DNA of 48,768 nt from NCBI GenBank assembly GCA_965364445.1, contig CBDTXM010000003.1, forward strand, positions 1 to 48,768. Reading direction: 5' to 3'. Origin of the DNA: an uncultured bacterium (lineage in GTDB: Bacteria; Gemmatimonadota; Gemmatimonadetes; Palauibacterales; Palauibacteraceae). Made by a program: the position numbers and the translations under genes. Below are positions 39,575 to 48,257 of this stretch, in pieces; the stretch's first letter is position 1; every line of letters begins with the position of its first letter. The notes under the pieces were generated by a model. It saw only the letters and a list, made by a program, of their open reading frames with translations. It made no database searches and had not been told where the DNA came from.

Positions 39575-40699
39575 ATGTCGGCCATGTACTCCACCTGCCT
39601 TTTCTGCAATCGGCCGCTGGGCCGGAACGAGGTGATCGAGTCCTTCCCGGTCGGACGACGGCTCGCATTCGACGAGGAGCGGGGCCGGCTCTGGGTCGTC
39701 TGCCGGAGGTGCGAGCGGTGGAACCTCTCTCCGCTCGAGGAGCGGTGGGAGGCGATCGAAGAGTGTGAGCGTCTGTTTCGTTCGACCCGGCTTCGGGTGT
39801 CCACCGACAACGTAGGTCTCGCCCGCATCGCCGACGAACTGGAACTGGTGCGGATCGGGCGACCGGTTCGGGGCGAGTTCGCGGCATGGCGGTACGGCGA
39901 CCAGTTCGGGAGACGTCGGAAGCGTGCCATCCTCTACACGACGGCCGGTGTCGGGGCACTGGGCCTGCTCGCCGCAGGCGGCGCAGCGGCGGGGATATCG
40001 CTGGGCGGCGGGTACTGGGGTTTCACGCAACTTATCCAGGGAATCAACGCCGAGAGGACCGCGGCACGTCTTCGCAACGAATCGGGCGAGCAGGTCCGGG
40101 TGCAGCTCAAGCACCTTCAGCGCTCGAGACTCGTGCCGGCGGACAATCCGGAGGGTTGGGAACTGCACGTGCGGCACACCCTTGGCTGGTCGGCGGGCAT
40201 ATCGACCGGTGACGACGAATTGATGGTCCTGTCCGGGCCCCGCGCCGTAGCCATCGCCGGGAAACTGATGGCCCGCGCCAACCGGCGTGGCGGCAAGAAG
40301 GAGACGATCTCGGAGGCGGTGCATCGGATCGAGGCCGTGGGACACCCGGAGGCGTTCCTCCTGGAGGCGACCCGTGAAGCGGACCGGCTGCGAGAGGCGA
40401 AGGCGAAGGGAAGCGAAAAGAAGCGTAACAAGACGCAGGCCGGATCGCTCGCCGGGTTGCCGGGCGAAATTCGCCTCGCCGTGGAAATGGCGACGCAGGA
40501 GGAAGCCGAGCGCCGGGCCATGGAGGGAGAACTTCAGGTTCTCGAGGAAGCGTGGCGGCAGGCCGAGGAGATCGCCGGTATTGCCGACAATCTGCTGATT
40601 CCGAAGTCCATCGAGGAATTGCTCCGAGAAGAGAAACGCCGGGCGGGACTCGACCCGGGCTCGATGCCCGAACCGGACGAGGAGGAGAGAGAATCGTGA
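39575..40699 (+). CDS. Conserved-looking hypothetical protein with N-terminal CxxC...CxxC Zn finger and Gly/Ala-rich hydrophobic segment
   Basis: GGAGG RBS, CLFC...CRRC, central hydrophobic stretch, C-terminal ERRAMEGEL...WRQAEEIAGIADNLL. Confidence 0.8.
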   Translation: MSAMYSTCLFCNRPLGRNEVIESFPVGRRLAFDEERGRLWVVCRRCERWNLSPLEERWEAIEECERLFRSTRLRVSTDNVGLARIADELELVRIGRPVRGEFAAWRYGDQFGRRRKRAILYTTAGVGALGLLAAGGAAAGISLGGGYWGFTQLIQGINAERTAARLRNESGEQVRVQLKHLQRSRLVPADNPEGWELHVRHTLGWSAGISTGDDELMVLSGPRAVAIAGKLMARANRRGGKKETISEAVHRIEAVGHPEAFLLEATREADRLREAKAKGSEKKRNKTQAGSLAGLPGEIRLAVEMATQEEAERRAMEGELQVLEEAWRQAEEIAGIADNLLIPKSIEELLREEKRRAGLDPGSMPEPDEEERES

Positions 40700-41178
40700 A
40701 CGACCCTCTGATTCGGCCCGCGACCCCAGCGGACGACGAAGCACTGGCGCGCATCATCCGCGATGGGATGAGCGAATTCGGAATCTGCGGCTCCGACGAG
40801 GATTCGGATCCCGAGCTTCGTTCGATCTCAGCTGCCTACGGGGCACCGCGGTCTGTCTACTGGGTGGTCGAGCTCGACGGACGCGTCCTCGGCGGCGGAG
40901 GGATCGGACCGATCGAGGGTGAGTCGGACGAGATCTGCGAACTGCGAAAGATGTATCTGCGTCCCTCGGCTCGTGGCCGCGGTGCGGGCCGGCGCATTCT
41001 GACGGCCTGTATCGACACCGCGCGGGATTCGGGATACTCGCGCTGCTACCTCGCGACGCTCGAAACGATGGAACGGGCGCGGCGTCTCTACGCCGCGTTC
41101 GGGTTCCGCCGCTCGGCTCACCCGCTCCCGGGCTCGGGCCATCTCGGCTGCGACACCTGGTATTCGCTCGATCTCTGA
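40696..41178 (+). CDS. GNAT family N-acetyltransferase
   Basis: IRPATPAD, CELRKMY, ARGRGAG, ARRLYAAFGF. GTGA overlap. Confidence 0.9.
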   Translation: MNDPLIRPATPADDEALARIIRDGMSEFGICGSDEDSDPELRSISAAYGAPRSVYWVVELDGRVLGGGGIGPIEGESDEICELRKMYLRPSARGRGAGRRILTACIDTARDSGYSRCYLATLETMERARRLYAAFGFRRSAHPLPGSGHLGCDTWYSLDL

Positions 41179-41240
41179 CTGGCGTGCGTCGGCCCGACCG
41201 GGCCAGTTTGCCGGACTTCGAACTCGTATCGGAGACATGC

Positions 41241-42299
41241 ATGAGCCTCGAAGGACTTCTCGCGCTCGGATTCGAGCCCGCGGGCATCGAGCCCACGGTC
41301 GTCGAGGCGGGCAGAGCGGACGGTGCATATGTCCTGGCCCTCGAACGACCCGGGATGGGCACGCGGATCGCCATCTCCCTGCGGGCCGACTCACCGGATC
41401 GCGCCGACGCAGCCGCCCGGGAGGCGTTCGCGCGACTGGACCGACTGACTGCGCTGTTGAACCGCTACGATTCGGCCTCCGCCCTCGCCACGCTCAACGA
41501 CGCAGGTTGTCTATCCGACGCTCCTGCCGCGCTCACCTCGGTCGTGGACATCGCGCTCTCCATGGGACAGGCCACCGGCGGCGCCTTCGATCCGACGGTC
41601 GCGCCGCTGGTCAACCTGTTCGGTGGTGGTGAGCCGCGCGTGCCCCCGGGAGAGCTCGCCCTCACGGGGGCTCCGGAGCGTCGTCATCGCTCGAGTCCGG
41701 CTCCCGATCCCGTGATGCTCGCGGAAGTCCGGGCCTTGATCGGATCGGAACACGTCAGGCGGCGCGGGCGAACGATCGGCTTCGAGCGCCAGGGGATGAG
41801 CCTGACACTGGACGGCGTCGCGAAGGGCTGGATCGTGGATGCCATCGCGGCCGGACTCCGCGACGCCGGGATCCACGACTTCCTGGTGGACGCCGGCGGA
41901 GACATTCGCGCGCACGGCCGACCGGAACCGGGGCGCCCCTGGACCGTGGCCATTCAGGACCCCGATCTCGGCGATAACTGGCCCGATGTCATTGCTCTGC
42001 ACGATCGGGCAGTGGCCACCTCAGGCAGTTACGAGTTCTACTTCGATCCCGGTCGTACCCGCCATCACATCGTGGCGGGACGCGAAGCGCGGTCGCCGAA
42101 CGAACTCGCAAGCGTCACGGTCAGCGCTCCGGACGCCGCCACAGCCGACGCGCTGGCCACGGCGGTATTCGTGCTCGGTCCGGATGCCGGGCCAGCATGT
42201 ATCGAACGCATGCCCGGCTGCGAGTGCCTGCTTGTGGCTCCTGACGGGGCCCGGCACGCGACTACGGGCTGGTCGGCCTTTTCCCTCCAAGGCAGGTGA
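41241..42299 (+). CDS. apbE: FAD:protein FMN transferase, no signal peptide
   Basis: MGT, GGAFDPTVAPL, LDGVAKGWIVD, DAGGD, ATSGSY, HI, ADALATA. GGAG RBS before ATG 41241; alternative start GTG 41184. Confidence 0.92.
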   Translation: MSLEGLLALGFEPAGIEPTVVEAGRADGAYVLALERPGMGTRIAISLRADSPDRADAAAREAFARLDRLTALLNRYDSASALATLNDAGCLSDAPAALTSVVDIALSMGQATGGAFDPTVAPLVNLFGGGEPRVPPGELALTGAPERRHRSSPAPDPVMLAEVRALIGSEHVRRRGRTIGFERQGMSLTLDGVAKGWIVDAIAAGLRDAGIHDFLVDAGGDIRAHGRPEPGRPWTVAIQDPDLGDNWPDVIALHDRAVATSGSYEFYFDPGRTRHHIVAGREARSPNELASVTVSAPDAATADALATAVFVLGPDAGPACIERMPGCECLLVAPDGARHATTGWSAFSLQGR

Positions 42300-42842
42300 A
42301 TGATGGCGAAGTATCCCTACGACCCGCTGTCTCACCCGTACGGCTTCTTCCAGGTCACGGCCCTCGTGGCCCTGCGATTCGCGATCGGATGGCATTTCTT
42401 CTATGAAGGACTGTCGAAGATCACCAATCCGTACTGGACTTCGGCTGGCTATCTGGATGCCTCGCAGGGCTTCGCGGCCGACTGGTTCGAATGGCTGGTG
42501 ACGGATCCCGGCCGCCTCGCGCTCGTGGACGCGCTGAACCAATGGGGTCTGCTGATTCTCGGGCTGTTGCTGATGCTCGGACTGTTTACCCGGACGGCGA
42601 CGGTGTTCGCCATCGTCCTGCTGGCCCTTTATTACGTCGCCGCGCCTCCCTGGGTCGGATTCGAGTACAGTTTCCCGCAGGAGGGAGCGTACGTGATCGT
42701 CAACAAGAACCTCGTCGAGCTCTTCGCGCTGTTCGTCACCCTGATGTTCCCCACGGGCCGCCTGATCGGACTGGACCGGCTGATTTGGTGGTCCCGCAAC
42801 ACGACCCCACCGGAACCGATTCCCGTCGGACAGCAGGCATGA
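42300..42842 (+). CDS. DoxX/DoxD (TQO small subunit-like) membrane protein
   Basis: LRFAIGWHFFYEGLSK, LGLFTR, VNKN, GLD, about 4 TM helices. Confidence 0.85.
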   Translation: MMAKYPYDPLSHPYGFFQVTALVALRFAIGWHFFYEGLSKITNPYWTSAGYLDASQGFAADWFEWLVTDPGRLALVDALNQWGLLILGLLLMLGLFTRTATVFAIVLLALYYVAAPPWVGFEYSFPQEGAYVIVNKNLVELFALFVTLMFPTGRLIGLDRLIWWSRNTTPPEPIPVGQQA

Positions 42843-42873
42843 GACCGAATCGGGTGAAACGGGAGATACGACG

Positions 42874-44604
42874 ATGAGCGACGAGATCCGGAACGAAGAC
42901 GGGATGAACGAGGAACGGGAAGACAGGGAGCGAGTCGACCACGAGGAACCGCTCGACGCGGGTACTGCCGCGGAGGGTGAGGCGACTCCGGAGCCTCCTT
43001 CGCCACCCTCACCGCCGCCCCCGCCGACCGCGGCGAGCGCGGAACCCGACCACGTCGCCTCCGGAATGAACCGGCGCGATGTGGTGAAGGCCCTGGCGAC
43101 GGTTCCGTTCGTCGGCGCCCTCGGGTACGAGACGATTCGCAAGTACGGCATCGAGGACGCCCGCAGCGAAGCGATCGCCCGGGAAGTGGGCATCGAGCTC
43201 GAGTCGCCTGCATTTTCGGAAGAGGCGATCAGTCGCAGCAGCCAGACCATCCGCATCGGAATCATCGGCAACGGCGGCGAAGGAGAGTCGCTGGTCCGCA
43301 GCCTCGGGTTCGCGCACCCGGACTGGATCCAGGATCGACGGACCAGCGCCGCGGAAGACCCCAAGGACCGGCACCTGCAGGAATGGCTCGCGCAGCAGGA
43401 TCTCAACGTCCAGATCACCGCGGTGTGCGACGTGTTCGACGTGAGGGCGGAGCGCGCGATCGCCGCCTCCACCCAACCGCTCCGGCCGGGTGGCGACACG
43501 CGCACCCTGCAGCCGGCGAAACGGTATCGGCACTACGAGGATCTGCTGGCGAGCCCGGATGTGGATGCCGTGATCATCGCGACGCCCGACCACCTGCACG
43601 CCACGATCACCATCGCGGCAGCCCGCGCGGGCAAGCACGTGTACTGCGAAAAGTGCATGACACGCACCTTCGAGGAGGTGTTCCCGATGGCGGACGCGGT
43701 CCGCGAGTCCGGGATCGTCTTCCAGCTCGGGCACCAGAACCGTCAGCTCGAGAGCCACGAGAAGGCGCGCGAGGTAGTGGCGAAGGGCCTGCTCGGGCCG
43801 CTGACCCTCGTCGAGACCACCACGAACCGCAACGATCCGTGGGGCGCCTGGGTGTGGGACATCCACCCCGAGGGAAACCGGAGCACGATCGACTGGGATC
43901 TGTTTCAGATCGCGGCCGGAAGCCGGGTCCCGTTCAGCCTGGAGCGCTTCTTCCGCTGGCGCTGCTGGTACGATTACGGCACCGGCCTTTCAGGGGATCT
44001 GCTCTCGCACGAGTACGACGCCGTGAATCAGATCCTCGGGCTCGGAATCCCGGCGACCGCCACGGCATCGGGCGGGATCTACTATTTCAAGGACGGACGG
44101 GACGTGCCCGATGTCTTCCAGGCCGTGTTCGAATACCCGTACCGCGACCTGACCCTGGTCTACAGCGCGACGCTGGCGAACGGGAATTACCGGGGCCAGA
44201 AGTACATGGGCCACGATGCGACGATGGAGGTGTCCAGCGGCCTCAAGGTCACCGCCGATGGGTCGTCCACGCGGTACAAGGAGATGCTCGATGACGGCAC
44301 GGTCAGTCCGCGCCGACCGATGCTCACCTACCAGAGCGGGTACAAGGGGCTCGACGCCGTGACCACGGCGACGCAGGAGTACTTCGCCAGCCGCGGCCTG
44401 ATGTTCACCTACAAGGGGGGGCGGCGGATCAGCACCTACTACCTGCACCTCAAGGAGTGGCTGCAGGCGATCCGCGACGGAACGCCGGTGAGCTGTGACA
44501 TCGAGCAGGGTGTCGAGGAAGCCGTGACCTGTCACATGGCGACGAAGAGCTTTCTCGAGGGCCGGCGCGTGGCATGGGATCCGACGACGAGGCAGATCGT
44601 CTGA
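42874..44604 (+). CDS. Gfo/Idh/MocA oxidoreductase with twin-arginine motif
   Basis: NRRDVVK plus a hydrophobic helix, IGIIGNGG, ATPDHLH, YCEKCM, WRCWYDYGTGLSGDLLSHEYD. Confidence 0.9.
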   Translation: MSDEIRNEDGMNEEREDRERVDHEEPLDAGTAAEGEATPEPPSPPSPPPPPTAASAEPDHVASGMNRRDVVKALATVPFVGALGYETIRKYGIEDARSEAIAREVGIELESPAFSEEAISRSSQTIRIGIIGNGGEGESLVRSLGFAHPDWIQDRRTSAAEDPKDRHLQEWLAQQDLNVQITAVCDVFDVRAERAIAASTQPLRPGGDTRTLQPAKRYRHYEDLLASPDVDAVIIATPDHLHATITIAAARAGKHVYCEKCMTRTFEEVFPMADAVRESGIVFQLGHQNRQLESHEKAREVVAKGLLGPLTLVETTTNRNDPWGAWVWDIHPEGNRSTIDWDLFQIAAGSRVPFSLERFFRWRCWYDYGTGLSGDLLSHEYDAVNQILGLGIPATATASGGIYYFKDGRDVPDVFQAVFEYPYRDLTLVYSATLANGNYRGQKYMGHDATMEVSSGLKVTADGSSTRYKEMLDDGTVSPRRPMLTYQSGYKGLDAVTTATQEYFASRGLMFTYKGGRRISTYYLHLKEWLQAIRDGTPVSCDIEQGVEEAVTCHMATKSFLEGRRVAWDPTTRQIV

Positions 44605-45824
44605 TGCGTTCGGCCAGGGTCCAGCTCGGGCTGATGATGTTCCTGCAGTACGCGATCTGGGGCGCGTGGGCCCCGGTGCTGTCGTCGTACATGCTCAACG
44701 ACCTCGGGTTCAGTGGATCCGAGGTCGGCTGGATCTACGCCCTGCTTCCCCTTGCCACGATCGTCGCCCCGCTGATCGGCGGGCAGGTGGCCGACCGCTG
44801 GTTCGCCTCCGAGAAGGTGATCGCCTTCCTGCAGCTCGGCGGCGGCGTGCTGCTGCTGGTCGCAGCGAGGATCTCCGACTTCGGCACGCTCGCCGCAGTG
44901 ATGCTGATGTACTGCCTGCTGTACGCCCCGACGCTGGCACTCACCAACTCGGTGGCGATGATCAACATGGAGGACTCGGAGAAAGAGTTCGGTGCGATCC
45001 GCGTATGGGGCACCCTGGGCTGGATCGCGGCGGGATGGATGCTCACCGGCTGGCGCTGGTTCGGCGAGAGCGGGACGCTGCCGGCGATGCAGGGAGACAT
45101 GCTGTTCCTGGCGGGATTGCTGTCGCTCGTGATGGGCCTGCAGGCATTCCTGCTGCCGCATACGCCGCCGCAGAAGGAGGGCGTGAGCCCCTGGGCCTTC
45201 CTCGAGTCCTTCAAGATGTTGAAGGTGAAGGACTTCGCAGTATTCGTCGGGATCACGTTCGTGGTCGCGACCGAGCTGGAATTCTACTACATCCTCACCG
45301 CGCCCTTCCTGGAGTCGGAGGCGATCGGCGTTTCCAGCCGGAACATCCCCGCAGTGATGACGATCGCGCAGTTCGCCGAGATCTTCGTCATGGCGTTCCT
45401 TCTCTCCTGGTCGCTGAAGCGCTATGGGATGCGAAGGACGCTCGCGATCGGAGTCGTGGCCTGGCCGATCCGCTACATCATCTTCGCGATCGGAAGCCCC
45501 GCCTGGCTGGTCATCGCATCGCTGGCCCTGCACGGATTCTGCTACGTGTTCTTCTTCGTGGCCGCGTTCATTTACGTGGACAAGATCGCTCCGCCCGACA
45601 TCCGGGCCTCCGCCCAGAGCCTGATCGCGATCATCGCGCTCGGGTTCGGCCGCTTTCTGGGGAGCCTGTTCGCCGGCTGGGTGCGGGACCTGTTCACCAC
45701 CGAGGCGGGAACGAACTGGACGTACGTATTCCTCGTCCCCTGCGCGTTGACGATCTGCTGCGCCGTGGCCTTCCTGATCTTCTTCCGGGATGAATCGAAG
45801 CCGATCGCACCGGCGACAGCCTGA
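44604..45824 (+). CDS. MFS transporter, nucleoside:H+ symporter (NupG/YegT-like)
   Basis: MMFLQYAIWGAW, ADRWF, IRVWGTLGWI, LHGFCYVFFF, IRASAQ. TGATG overlap. Confidence 0.9.
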   Translation: MRSARVQLGLMMFLQYAIWGAWAPVLSSYMLNDLGFSGSEVGWIYALLPLATIVAPLIGGQVADRWFASEKVIAFLQLGGGVLLLVAARISDFGTLAAVMLMYCLLYAPTLALTNSVAMINMEDSEKEFGAIRVWGTLGWIAAGWMLTGWRWFGESGTLPAMQGDMLFLAGLLSLVMGLQAFLLPHTPPQKEGVSPWAFLESFKMLKVKDFAVFVGITFVVATELEFYYILTAPFLESEAIGVSSRNIPAVMTIAQFAEIFVMAFLLSWSLKRYGMRRTLAIGVVAWPIRYIIFAIGSPAWLVIASLALHGFCYVFFFVAAFIYVDKIAPPDIRASAQSLIAIIALGFGRFLGSLFAGWVRDLFTTEAGTNWTYVFLVPCALTICCAVAFLIFFRDESKPIAPATA

Positions 45825-45849
45825 GCTCGAGCGAGATGGGAGAGACCTG

Positions 45850-47097
45850 ATGAACGATAGACTCGGTGTAGGTTTCGTCGGCGCGGGGTTCGTCACCGGC
45901 TTCCACATTCGGAGCTGGGTAGGCGTTCGCGATGCGGACGTCCTGGGCGTCGCCAGCCGCACCCGGGCGAGCGCCGAGGGGGCGGCGAGGCTCGCCCGCT
46001 CGCTCGGCGTCGGGGATGCGAAGGCGTTCCCGAACGTCACGGAGATGGTCGCGGATCCATCGATCGACGCCATCTGGATCTGCGCGCCGAATTACGCCCG
46101 GCTCGAGGTGATGGAGGAGATCGTCCACGCCCTCGACCGGGGAGACGGGAATCTGAGAGCCGTCGCCTGTGAAAAGCCGCTGGGCCGGAACGCCGCGGAG
46201 GCGAGAAAGATGCTGCAGCTCGCCGAGCAGGCCGGACTTCTGCACGGCTACCTCGAGAATCAGCTGTTCTCGCCCGGCGTCGTCCGTGGGCGGGAGATCG
46301 TCTGGGCCCGGGGCGCCGCGCTCACCGGGCCTCCCTACCTCGCACGCGCCGCCGAGGAGCACAGCGGGCCTCACATGCCCTGGTTCTGGGAAGGCGAACT
46401 CCAGGGCGGCGGCGTGCTCAACGACATGATGTGCCACTCGGTGGAGGTCGCGCGCTTTCTTCTCACGCCGCCGGGAGCGCCCCGCGAGGTGCTCACGCCG
46501 ACGAAAGTGACCGCATACGCTTCCTGCCTGAAGTGGCAGCGACCGCAATACGCAGAACAGCTGGCGGAGATGAGCGGCGGCTCGCTGGACTACCGCAGCC
46601 GCCCCTCGGAAGACTTCGCCCGGGCGCTGGTGGAGTACCGGGACGCGGACGGTGGACGGCGGATCGTCGAGGCAACGACCTCGTGGTGCTACGTCGGTGC
46701 GGGCCTGCGGCTCACCATGGAGCTGCTCGGCCCCGAGTACTCGATGGCAGTCAACTCGCTGGACGCAGGTCCGAAGGTGTTTTTCAGCCGGGAGGTGCAG
46801 GGTGACACCGGCGAGGACCTGGTCGAAAAGCAGAACGCCGAGACAGGCGTGATGCCGATCGTGTCCGACGAAGAAGCCGAGTACGGATACATTGGTGAGA
46901 ACCGGCACATGGTTCAGGCGTTCCGCGCCGGCGAGATGCCGATGGAGACCTTCGCCGACGGCGTGGCCGTCACCGACCTCCTGATGGCTGCCTACATGAG
47001 CGCAGAGCAGGAACGTACGATCGAATTCCCGCCGGAGGGCCTTGTCGGCTTCGTTCCCGCCGTGGCTCGGGGCGAGTGGAATCCCGGGAGGGAGTGA
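45850..47097 (+). CDS. Gfo/Idh/MocA oxidoreductase (cytoplasmic)
   Basis: GVGFVGAGF, CEKPLG, GYLEN, GGGVLNDMMCH. Confidence 0.9.
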   Translation: MNDRLGVGFVGAGFVTGFHIRSWVGVRDADVLGVASRTRASAEGAARLARSLGVGDAKAFPNVTEMVADPSIDAIWICAPNYARLEVMEEIVHALDRGDGNLRAVACEKPLGRNAAEARKMLQLAEQAGLLHGYLENQLFSPGVVRGREIVWARGAALTGPPYLARAAEEHSGPHMPWFWEGELQGGGVLNDMMCHSVEVARFLLTPPGAPREVLTPTKVTAYASCLKWQRPQYAEQLAEMSGGSLDYRSRPSEDFARALVEYRDADGGRRIVEATTSWCYVGAGLRLTMELLGPEYSMAVNSLDAGPKVFFSREVQGDTGEDLVEKQNAETGVMPIVSDEEAEYGYIGENRHMVQAFRAGEMPMETFADGVAVTDLLMAAYMSAEQERTIEFPPEGLVGFVPAVARGEWNPGRE

Positions 47098-47861
47098 TGA
47101 ACTCGATCCGGACTCTGATGGCGTTGATCGGCCTGGTAGCGGCCGGGATCGGTGTGTGGTTCTTCATGACCTACGATGGCGAGACGCAAAGGGGAATCCC
47201 GGAAGCCGCCGTCGTCGCGACCGCTGAACAGGAGGCGGGGATGGGACTTACGGAGCCGCGTGACGTGGATGGCCCGCCGTTCACGGTCGAAGAGGGCTTC
47301 GTACCTCTGCTGGGACAGTGGGGCGACGGCCGATATCACAAGGGTGGGTGGAATCATTACGGACCGGGCTGGTTCACGCTCGACCACGAGACGGGAGTTC
47401 TGGCCTCGCACGGGGGCATGGGACTGATGTGGTTCGCGGCGGAGCAGTTCGGAGACTTCGTGCTGCGGCTCCAGTTTCAGACGTCCGTGCCCGAATCCAA
47501 CTCCGGCGTGTTCCTTCGCGTGCCCGAGGTGCCGGCCAGCGACGACTACATCTACCACAGCTTCGAGGTGCAGATTCACGCCACGGCGCCCGACCCGATT
47601 CACCGCACCGGGGGCGTCTACGACGCGGTCGCCCCGTCCGAGCACCGCGAACGTCCGCCCGGCGAGTGGAACGACATGGAGATCTCGTTCGTCGGTGACC
47701 GTATCACCGTAGTGCTCAACGGCGCTCAGGTCGTGGACTGGAGCGCGGAGCCAGCCGGGAAGGTGGCCGACTTCGCGCCCCGGGGCTTCATCGGGCTGCA
47801 GAACCACGACTGGGAGACCAGCGTGTGGTTCCGCAACATTCGGGTGAAGAAGCTGGACTGA
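47097..47861 (+). CDS. DUF1080 (3-keto-disaccharide hydrolase family) protein, membrane anchored
   Basis: N-terminal TM, FGDFVLRLQF, NSGVFLR, EVQI, TGGVYD, GEWN, GFIGLQNH, FRNIRVK. TGATG overlap. Confidence 0.9.
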   Translation: MNSIRTLMALIGLVAAGIGVWFFMTYDGETQRGIPEAAVVATAEQEAGMGLTEPRDVDGPPFTVEEGFVPLLGQWGDGRYHKGGWNHYGPGWFTLDHETGVLASHGGMGLMWFAAEQFGDFVLRLQFQTSVPESNSGVFLRVPEVPASDDYIYHSFEVQIHATAPDPIHRTGGVYDAVAPSEHRERPPGEWNDMEISFVGDRITVVLNGAQVVDWSAEPAGKVADFAPRGFIGLQNHDWETSVWFRNIRVKKLD

Positions 47862-47864
47862 CGT

Positions 47865-48257
47865 TCAGGCGGCGCGGAGATTTCGCTCCCGTCTGTGCAG
47901 TCCACCGCGCAACGCCGCCCACAACAGGGCTGCGATCAGTAGGATTGCGAGTCCGGCAAGCGTGCTCGAGAACGACACCGCGAGCCCACCCCAGATGATC
48001 GGGGGTGAGACCGCCGGGGCCGTCGAGATCACCTTCAGCGCCTGGTAGATCCCGTGGAACTGGCCGAGAATCCCGACCACGGCCGCCACACCACCCCAGA
48101 ACAGCACGGCGTTCACGGTGTGCTCGACGGTTGCCGAGTCCACGGGCTCGGCGCGTCGGAGCCGAGTCGCCGAACTGATTGCAAGTCCCACCACGGCGAC
48201 GGCGATCAACGCCAGCGGCCAGAAGTAGAAGCCCATCTCGCGAATGAAGTCCATCAT
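47865..48257 (-). CDS. Small MotA/TolQ/ExbB-like 3-TM membrane protein
   Basis: MGFYFWPL, VGILGQFHGIYQAL, IWGGLAVSFSSTLAGL. ATGA overlap with the upstream gene. Confidence 0.75.
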   Translation of the reverse strand: MMDFIREMGFYFWPLALIAVAVVGLAISSATRLRRAEPVDSATVEHTVNAVLFWGGVAAVVGILGQFHGIYQALKVISTAPAVSPPIIWGGLAVSFSSTLAGLAILLIAALLWAALRGGLHRRERNLRAA

